A stretch of 64,000 bases of DNA from positions 198,802 to 262,801 of the forward strand of contig CAWGGJ010000003.1 of the NCBI GenBank assembly GCA_963822175.1, written 5' to 3'. A program made the position numbers and the translations under genes. The notes beneath the pieces were generated by a model. The model saw nothing but the letters and a program-made list of their open reading frames with translations, did not search any database and had not been told where the DNA came from. This document shows positions 57,650 through 64,000 of this stretch, piece by piece. The first letter of the stretch is position 1, and each line of letters begins with the position of its first letter. The stretch is from an uncultured Chloroflexia bacterium. GTDB lineage: Bacteria > Chloroflexota > Anaerolineae > Anaerolineales > UBA4823.

Positions 57650-59173
57650 TTATTTGGTCGCATTTATCTGGCTCGCTGCATCAGAACAGGTACAGGCATA
57701 AATTGTGTTCCCCGCCTTGGTGAGAGTACCTTGATATTCTACCTGCCCATTATGGACTACCCATCCTTCCATATTAAATGGAATGACACTATCAGCTAGC
57801 ATCCACTCCCCACTGTATTTTCGGGCAATGTGTACATGGGTACCCGTTGTCCGACCCCCTTCACAGGATGGATGTCCGATGAGATCACCTGTCTTCATTA
57901 CCTTTCCAACAGGTGCCCTACCTTTTGCCTCAATGTGAAAGTAAAAAACCACCCAACCTGTGCGTTCATCTCCGTCACCATCAAGATCCAGCAACACAGC
58001 CGCATTATCCGATCGTACCACTACACCCGGTGCAACAGCAGTAGCCCACGCATCAGTAGGGACACATCCGCTGGTCTCTGCCCCTGGGGCAAAATCAATC
58101 GCTGCCAGTGGCTCTCCCTCTCCATATCCTGTATGCGGACCCCCAGTGTATGCCCAGGTCAGACCAGGTAAAAATGGTAATGAGAACTCTGGCTGGGAAA
58201 GGCTCCCGGGAAGATGCGGGGTGTCTACACCCCACGGATCCCCAAACAAACTGGCATAAGTTTGAGCCAATCCGTCAGGTGCCACCGACCGTGCATATTG
58301 GTCACCATCGATTAATCTAGAGAAATAGTACTGCAAAGCCACTGAGGCTGCATTCTGCCATGGATCAGGTCGTTCTTGAGTCCCATCCTTATGATCAAAT
58401 GCGATCAAGCTGCCATTTCTCCAACTATAGTATCCATTGTTAAGCAAATTAGCTGCCCAAACCAATTGCCGATACACACCTTTATGTTGCCAATCCTGGT
58501 ACCCAAGCGGATATTGGCCTAATTCATCTGGATATACAGGTTTAGTTAAGGCTCCAGCTTGATATTCCAACAAGGATAAAAGTAAGCGTGGGCTGACGCT
58601 GTAATTCAGTGCTACTAAGTCAATGATCTCCGCTCCCGTCCTGTTGTCATCAAAGGCATACTCAATATATCCATTTAACCATCCAGGCTGACCGGAGACA
58701 AATGCAGAAGTATCAAAGCCAATTTGAGCTGGACCATTTATGAATAAACTATCTGGGATGATTTGAAACTGCGACCCCCAGAAAGGTTGGTAATAGATTG
58801 GGATTTTCATTGGCATACCAGGGGGCATGGTCGTGGCATCAGCAGGGATAAAACTGTTGGCATTGAGAATTTCATCTACCGAGGTATTAAAATGGCTGGC
58901 AATACCGGGAAGAGTATCTCCGGTTTGTGCAACGTAGTCCACCAGCTCACCCGGTGTGTATGAAGGACGGGCTGGTAAAGGTGTTGTTGTAACGTTTGGT
59001 TGGCTGAGAATTAAATTCTGGGTCGGGGTCTGTGCGGGGGCAACCGTATTAACCACAGCTAAATTCTGATTTTCTATACCACTGCATCCGCTTATCAAAA
59101 TTGACAATACCATCACAAGGAGGACGTATTTGTTCGATTTACTCATTCTAGAGATATATTTCTGGGATACCAT
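57650..59173 (-). CDS. LysM-M23 peptidoglycan hydrolase-like lipoprotein, paralog 1
   Basis: Lipobox LISGC. LysM (YVAQTGDTLPGIASHFNTSVDEILNAN). A conserved central module (SPRLLLSLLEYQAG...GVYRQLVWAANLLNNGYY). M23-like C-terminus (GGPH...AIDFAP...FHIE...GHPSCEGG..TGTHVHIARK). Confidence 0.8.
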   Translation of the reverse strand: MVSQKYISRMSKSNKYVLLVMVLSILISGCSGIENQNLAVVNTVAPAQTPTQNLILSQPNVTTTPLPARPSYTPGELVDYVAQTGDTLPGIASHFNTSVDEILNANSFIPADATTMPPGMPMKIPIYYQPFWGSQFQIIPDSLFINGPAQIGFDTSAFVSGQPGWLNGYIEYAFDDNRTGAEIIDLVALNYSVSPRLLLSLLEYQAGALTKPVYPDELGQYPLGYQDWQHKGVYRQLVWAANLLNNGYYSWRNGSLIAFDHKDGTQERPDPWQNAASVALQYYFSRLIDGDQYARSVAPDGLAQTYASLFGDPWGVDTPHLPGSLSQPEFSLPFLPGLTWAYTGGPHTGYGEGEPLAAIDFAPGAETSGCVPTDAWATAVAPGVVVRSDNAAVLLDLDGDGDERTGWVVFYFHIEAKGRAPVGKVMKTGDLIGHPSCEGGRTTGTHVHIARKYSGEWMLADSVIPFNMEGWVVHNGQVEYQGTLTKAGNTIYACTCSDAASQINATK

Positions 59174-59200
59174 TCTCTCAATGCAAAAGGCGATAAATCA

Positions 59201-60838
59201 CTATGGTGTCCCTCGAGTCCGCACTATTCGTGATTCATATGATCCAACAACACTGGAGGAAACTATTTCTTCTCCTTTAGTCATTGTTCCGTCATAGGGA
59301 ACGCTTCCAGCATGGACCGTCCATCCACTCAAAACAAAAGGCAAAGGTCCATCCGCAGAAATCCACTCACCATTATATTTTCGAGCGATGTGGACATGGG
59401 TTCCCGTAGCAATCCCTCCTTCACAGGATGGGTGGCCTAAATAATCGCCGGTTTCAACCCAGTCGCCTACAGCTACCTGCATCTTATCAACATGAAGGTA
59501 GAGGATATTCCATCCAGTTTGCTCATTGCCATCACCATCCAGGTCCTGGACAACTGTGGCATTATCCGCACGAACAATCAATCCAGGCGCAGCTGCAGCG
59601 ATCCACGCAAAGGATTCAACACAACCCGACTCGGTGCTTCCCGGTGCGAAATCGACAGCCGCGCGCGAACCTTCTCTTTCCCAGGCACCATGGGGTCCAC
59701 CAGTATAACTCCATACTTGCCCGATCAGGAACGGGAGGATGAGATCTGGCTGAGTTAAATTCGGTGGGTAAAGAGGCTCAACTTCCATGGCTCGGAACCA
59801 GGGATTACCATACATTTTTTCATAAAGGGCTGGAAAACCACTATTCGTGTCCAGAGCTGCCAACCAGCCCGGGGTATTATTAAGTTGGGCTAAATAATAT
59901 TGGAGCGCAACGGTCCCACTGTTTAGATCTGGTGCGAGTCGGGCAGAAATCCCGTCTGAAAATTGGATGTCTGTCATCCATCCCTCACGCCAGCCATAAT
60001 ACCCGGTGGATAATTGATTGACAGCCCATGCAAGTTGACGATATAAGCCTTTCATTGGTAAATCCACCTTGCCCATTGGATAATCCTCTTGCAAGGGATT
60101 GGCGGGTTGCCCGTATACCCACCCACTCTGCAATTCCAACAAAGCCAGTAATACTCGAGGGTTGATCGAGTTTTCCAGCGCTATTCGACTGATTATTCCC
60201 GCCCCTGAAGTCCATTCGCCGGTACCCAGCCATGCTCTATAAGTACTTAAGTATCCTCCTGCTTGGTTGACGAAGTCTTCTACATCGAAGTCAACAGCTG
60301 ATGGCGAATATACTAGCTCACTATCAGGGAGGATCTTTGCAGAGTTGGTGGTATTGACTAACACATGTGGGATGATCAATAATGTATCGGGAGTTAATAA
60401 TCCTGTTGAAGGAATGGAGGCAGATGGAGCGATGATCTCATCGGGTTCAACCCCGAAACGTGTTGCAACCACAGGCAGTGTATCCCCAGCCTGGGTGTAA
60501 TAAAGCAGCGGAGCAGTATCCACAGGGACTGATTCAGGTGTAGGTATTTCAGTCGATAACAGGAGGATTCCTTGGGGGGGCAGATCTGTGATCTCAGTTT
60601 GCTCGGGCTGGTCTGTCGGAAAATCCAAGGATGGGGTAGGCGTCCTGAGCTCGATGCCATTCGGTGCATTAAATAATGGGTCATTCTGATCCAGCACCCC
60701 AATTGCACAGGAGAGGCTGATGAATGCTACAGTCAATCCACTAATTAATATTCGAAAGAGGTTGAATGACCGGTTATGATCACCTGTGGATTGTATTTTC
60801 GGGGTAGAAAGCTTCCCAAGCTTCAATCGATTCTCCAT
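59201..60838 (-). CDS. LysM-M23 peptidoglycan hydrolase-like lipoprotein, paralog 2
   Basis: Same architecture as paralog 1 (YYTQAGDTLPVVATRFGV; NPRVLLALLELQSGW; GLYRQLAWAVNQLSTGYY; GHPSCEGGIATGTHVHIARKYNGEW). The start is uncertain. The ATG at 60838 overlaps the end of paralog 3 by 59 nt. Confidence 0.8.
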   Translation of the reverse strand: MENRLKLGKLSTPKIQSTGDHNRSFNLFRILISGLTVAFISLSCAIGVLDQNDPLFNAPNGIELRTPTPSLDFPTDQPEQTEITDLPPQGILLLSTEIPTPESVPVDTAPLLYYTQAGDTLPVVATRFGVEPDEIIAPSASIPSTGLLTPDTLLIIPHVLVNTTNSAKILPDSELVYSPSAVDFDVEDFVNQAGGYLSTYRAWLGTGEWTSGAGIISRIALENSINPRVLLALLELQSGWVYGQPANPLQEDYPMGKVDLPMKGLYRQLAWAVNQLSTGYYGWREGWMTDIQFSDGISARLAPDLNSGTVALQYYLAQLNNTPGWLAALDTNSGFPALYEKMYGNPWFRAMEVEPLYPPNLTQPDLILPFLIGQVWSYTGGPHGAWEREGSRAAVDFAPGSTESGCVESFAWIAAAAPGLIVRADNATVVQDLDGDGNEQTGWNILYLHVDKMQVAVGDWVETGDYLGHPSCEGGIATGTHVHIARKYNGEWISADGPLPFVLSGWTVHAGSVPYDGTMTKGEEIVSSSVVGSYESRIVRTRGTP

Positions 60839-62336
60839 CACGCTCTAAATAGCCATCGTACTCTATACCTGTTCCGCTAGAAATCCAGCCATCTAAATTG
60901 AACGGTGGACTGCTGGTTGTTCCTGGTTGATCAGCTGGAATCCACTCACCATTATACCGCCGTGCAAGATGAAAATGGGTGCCCGTGGAAATACCCCCCT
61001 CACAAGATGGATGCCCTATAGGTTCTCCAGCCTTCAAATACACACCGGGTTCAACCCGATCACGCTCCTCGATGTGCAAATACAGAACGCTCCATCCTGT
61101 CCCCTCGTTCCCATCACCATCCAGGTCTTGGATCACCCTTCCCTGGTCTGCACGTATGATCAGGCCATCTGCAACTGCCACTACCCACAAGTCACTTTGG
61201 ACACATCCACGACCTTCATTCCCAGGTGCAAAATCAATGCCTGCCCAAGCTGATCCATCCCCCCAACCCGCATGAGGGCCTCCAGTGAAAGCCCAATCAA
61301 CATCTGGTTCAAATGGCAATTGCATTTCTGGTTGTTCAAGAATTGAAGGTATCACTGGCTCAAAAGTATAATCAAATGGATGTCCAAACAAGTTGCTAAA
61401 TGTGCTGAATAACCCATCTGCTGAGACTGCATTATCCCAGGCCTGGCGACCATATAATTGGGAAAATAACAGGTGCACTCCAGCTGTCCCAGCATTAATA
61501 GATTGATCGATGGGTATGATAATCCCATTGTTCAATAGCCATCCACCGATGCCATTCACACGCCATAAATAGTATCCACGATTAAGGTTATTGGCAGCCC
61601 AGGCGAGCTGCAGGTATAAGCCTTTGCGCCAGCTATCTGTATTTCCGATCGGGAAATCCCGACTGTTCTCATCTGGATTTGCTTGCGTAACCCAACCACT
61701 TTGATATTCAAGGACCGCCAGTAATAACCTTGGGTTGATGGAATAATCCATTGCCACTTTCTTCACGATTTCAGGACCTGTGAGCATTCTTCCTTCCACT
61801 TCTTCCTGGTATCGGTTTAAATAGCTATCATAACGACCGACAAATTCCATCAAGTCAAAGCTTTGCGCCATAGGTCCGTAAACCAGCTCAGAATCCGGTA
61901 TGATCTTAAATCCAGTGCTTGGCTCACCTGGGGTAGGCGCTGGGATGATCAATACTTGACCGACTTCGAGTAAATTTGGATTGGTTATTTGGTTGGCTGA
62001 CAACAACATCTGTACGGTGATTTTATATCGATTGGCAATAATACCCAGGTTATCTCCCCTTTGGACAATATATTGTTCCTCCTGAGTGCGAATCCCTGGC
62101 AATTCACGTGGAGCGTCAGGAGTTGGAGTCAAAATAGTTATATCACCGGGATTCCTAATTTGTGGCAGGAATGTCACACTTGTCGAGGCAAGCCCGGGAG
62201 GTGGAGTCAGGCTTGCGGTAGCCAATTGGTAATTAAGGGCTGGAATCTCGATGGGTTGGATTGTTTGCTGGCACGCCAAAGTAATGCCTAATACCAATAA
62301 GACAAAGGTAAACAATATTAATCTTCTACCAGTCAT
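60780..62336 (-). CDS. LysM-M23 peptidoglycan hydrolase-like lipoprotein, paralog 3
   Basis: Same architecture as paralogs 1 and 2. Start moved to the second Met (MTGRRLILFTFVLLVLGITLAC, lipobox) at 62334-62336, 6 nt after AAGGA. The track's first ATG lies inside the -10 hexamer of the promoter. Confidence 0.8.
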   Translation of the reverse strand: MTGRRLILFTFVLLVLGITLACQQTIQPIEIPALNYQLATASLTPPPGLASTSVTFLPQIRNPGDITILTPTPDAPRELPGIRTQEEQYIVQRGDNLGIIANRYKITVQMLLSANQITNPNLLEVGQVLIIPAPTPGEPSTGFKIIPDSELVYGPMAQSFDLMEFVGRYDSYLNRYQEEVEGRMLTGPEIVKKVAMDYSINPRLLLAVLEYQSGWVTQANPDENSRDFPIGNTDSWRKGLYLQLAWAANNLNRGYYLWRVNGIGGWLLNNGIIIPIDQSINAGTAGVHLLFSQLYGRQAWDNAVSADGLFSTFSNLFGHPFDYTFEPVIPSILEQPEMQLPFEPDVDWAFTGGPHAGWGDGSAWAGIDFAPGNEGRGCVQSDLWVVAVADGLIIRADQGRVIQDLDGDGNEGTGWSVLYLHIEERDRVEPGVYLKAGEPIGHPSCEGGISTGTHFHLARRYNGEWIPADQPGTTSSPPFNLDGWISSGTGIEYDGYLERDGESIEAWEAFYPENTIHR

Positions 62337-62352
62337 GATTAATTCCTTGTGC

Positions 62353-62381
62353 ATTCTACCGTGAACAACTGTTCAAGTCAA
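62353..62381 (-). promoter_or_regulatory. Sigma-70-type promoter with an embedded LexA (SOS) box driving the LysM-M23 genes
   Basis: The minus strand reads TTGACT (62376-62381), then tGAACAGTTGTTCacgg (17-nt spacer; box at 62363-62374), then TAGAAT (62353-62358). This is the same architecture as the lexA promoter at 1792-1820. Confidence 0.65.
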
Positions 62382-62480
62382 TTATCGTCGGTTTATCAAT
62401 TAAGTCGAATAATATGACTTAAAACCCTTCAGTAAACTGCGAGGGTATAATTGAGTTACTCCAACTGGTCGAGGTGAGAT

Positions 62481-64000
62481 ATGACAGAAGCCATCGTTGA
62501 ATGTATCCCAAATTATTCTGAAGCGCGCCGTCCCGACATTGTTGAGGCAATTATGAACGCAATTACATCTGTTGATGGTGTTTCCTTGCTGGACCGTCAT
62601 TCAGATCTCGACCATAATCGCACCGTTCTCACATTCGTCGGTCCACCCGATGCCGTGGAGGAGGCAGCTTTTCGATCAATTGCCAAAGCCGGTGAGTTGA
62701 TCGACCTTGACCAGCATACAGGTGAACATCCCAGGATCGGGGCAACCGATGTGGTCCCTTTTGTGCCCATTTCCGGGATTACGATGCAAGATTGCATCCA
62801 AATTGCCCGTCGTCTTGGGAAGCGGGTGGGGGAAGAGCTGAACATCCCGGTTTACCTCTATGAAGAGGCAGCCACTCGCCCTGAGCGGACAAACCTGGAA
62901 AACCTGCGCCGTGGGCAATACGAAACCCTAAAAAAAGAGATGGGGGTGAACCCGGATCGTGATCCTGACTTTGGTCCAAATAAAGTTGGAACTGCAGGGG
63001 CAACAGTGATTGGAGCGCGCCAACCCCTGATTGCCTATAATGTCTACCTGACCACTGACGATGTAACTATTGCAGAGAAAATTGCAAAAACCATCAGGTT
63101 TTCTTCCGGTGGATTGCGATTTGTAAAAGCCTTGGGGATGCTGGTGGAGGGCCAGGCTCAGATATCAATGAACCTGACGAATTACCATAAGACCTCCCTA
63201 CCCCTAGTAGTCGAAACGATCCGGCGCGAAGCATCTCGTTATGGCGTCAATATCCATCACGCTGAGCTAGTCGGACTGATCCCCCAGTCGGCATTGGTGG
63301 ATGCAGCAGTGTGGTACTTGCAGCTCGATCAATTCAAAGCTGAACAAATCCTGGAACAAAAACTATACACCACCCAACAACTAAATCAAACAGCATCCTC
63401 TGAACCATTCCAATATGGCACCGAATTTCTCGATGCTATAGCATCCGGAAATGCAACCCCGGGAGGAGGGTCTGCGGCAGCATATTCCGGTGCAGCAGCA
63501 GCAAGCCTGGTCGCCATGGTAGCCCGGTTGACGATCGGTAAGAAAAAATACGCGGATGTTGAAGCAGAGATGCAAACGATCCTTTCCCAGGTTGAGACAT
63601 TAAGAAACGAGCTCACTCTCGCTATCCAACTGGATGCATCAGCATTTGATAATGTCATGGTAGCTTATAAAATGACCAAGGATACTCCCGAACAACAGGA
63701 AGTTCGTCAAAAAGCCATCGAACAGGCAACAATATTAGCTACCCAGGCTCCGATGGGTGTTGCTCATAAATCTTTACGTGTACTTTGCCTGGCAGAGAAA
63801 GTTATCCGCCGAGGAAATATTTCTGCATTAAGTGATGGTGCCACTGGAGCAGCACTTGCCAAGGCAGCTTTGATTGGGGCAGCCTATAACATCCGCATTA
63901 ATGCAAAAGACTTACCACCCTCCCTCGCAGATCCATTTTTAGCCGAACTCGAGGTACTCGAAAAACATTCAGCTGAAATAGAATTCCGCATACAAAAAAC
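62481..64000 (+). CDS. ftcD: Bifunctional glutamate formimidoyltransferase / formimidoyl-THF cyclodeaminase; 3' end beyond the window
   Basis: Absent from the ORF track because it is open at the edge. ATG 62481 follows GAGGTGAG. Translation MTEAIVECIPNYSEARR...LDRHSDLDHNRTVLTFVG...GEHPRIGATDVVPFVP matches the FTCD N-terminal domain. From about aa 300, FLDAIASGNATPGGGSAAAYSGAAAASLVAMVARLTIGKKKY matches cyclodeaminase. Confidence 0.85.
   Translation, partial: MTEAIVECIPNYSEARRPDIVEAIMNAITSVDGVSLLDRHSDLDHNRTVLTFVGPPDAVEEAAFRSIAKAGELIDLDQHTGEHPRIGATDVVPFVPISGITMQDCIQIARRLGKRVGEELNIPVYLYEEAATRPERTNLENLRRGQYETLKKEMGVNPDRDPDFGPNKVGTAGATVIGARQPLIAYNVYLTTDDVTIAEKIAKTIRFSSGGLRFVKALGMLVEGQAQISMNLTNYHKTSLPLVVETIRREASRYGVNIHHAELVGLIPQSALVDAAVWYLQLDQFKAEQILEQKLYTTQQLNQTASSEPFQYGTEFLDAIASGNATPGGGSAAAYSGAAAASLVAMVARLTIGKKKYADVEAEMQTILSQVETLRNELTLAIQLDASAFDNVMVAYKMTKDTPEQQEVRQKAIEQATILATQAPMGVAHKSLRVLCLAEKVIRRGNISALSDGATGAALAKAALIGAAYNIRINAKDLPPSLADPFLAELEVLEKHSAEIEFRIQK

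Overview
This window is a 64-kb chromosomal segment of roughly 45-50% GC. Gene content suggests a Chloroflexota (Anaerolineae-like) organism, but that is inference only.

Most of it is housekeeping:
- lexA, ftsH, fabF-fabH, efp, tpx-hsp20-lon, lepB, mogA, folK, selB, a thiolase, an ADP-forming acetyl-CoA synthetase and ftcD.
- A glycan-synthesis gene group at the left edge.
- A fadR / AGPS-like oxidase / glpD operon.
- An ECF sigma / anti-sigma pair followed by three TadE/TadG-type pseudopilin genes.
- Three tandem LysM-M23 lipoprotein paralogs.

Several features are invisible to the ORF track and were read from the DNA:
- tRNA-Arg(UCU) and tRNA-Ser(GGA).
- A second copy of the 3' half of tRNA-Ser. 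It bounds a ~1-kb AT-rich islet carrying an orphan barstar-like gene.
- A 4.5S-type SRP RNA.
- A complete IS3-family element with a 3-bp target duplication and an A_AAA_AAA -1 frameshift site. It sits in the loop of an intrinsic terminator.
- An in-frame TGA at the second Cys of the CxxC motif of an AhpD/CMD-family gene, making it a candidate selenoprotein. selB lies 12 kb away.
- A one-base frameshift splitting a HAD-DinB fusion gene.
- Two edge-truncated CDSs.

Regulatory signals that can be read directly:
- GAAC-N4-GTTC LexA boxes placed between the -35 and -10 elements of both the lexA promoter and the promoter of the LysM-M23 gene string.
- An E. coli-like FadR operator at the fadR promoter.
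- A shared GTAAC-N16-CGTT ECF-type promoter in front of the sigma gene and the pseudopilin genes.

No rRNA genes or CRISPR arrays were seen. All functional calls rest on motif recognition by eye, because no searches could be run.
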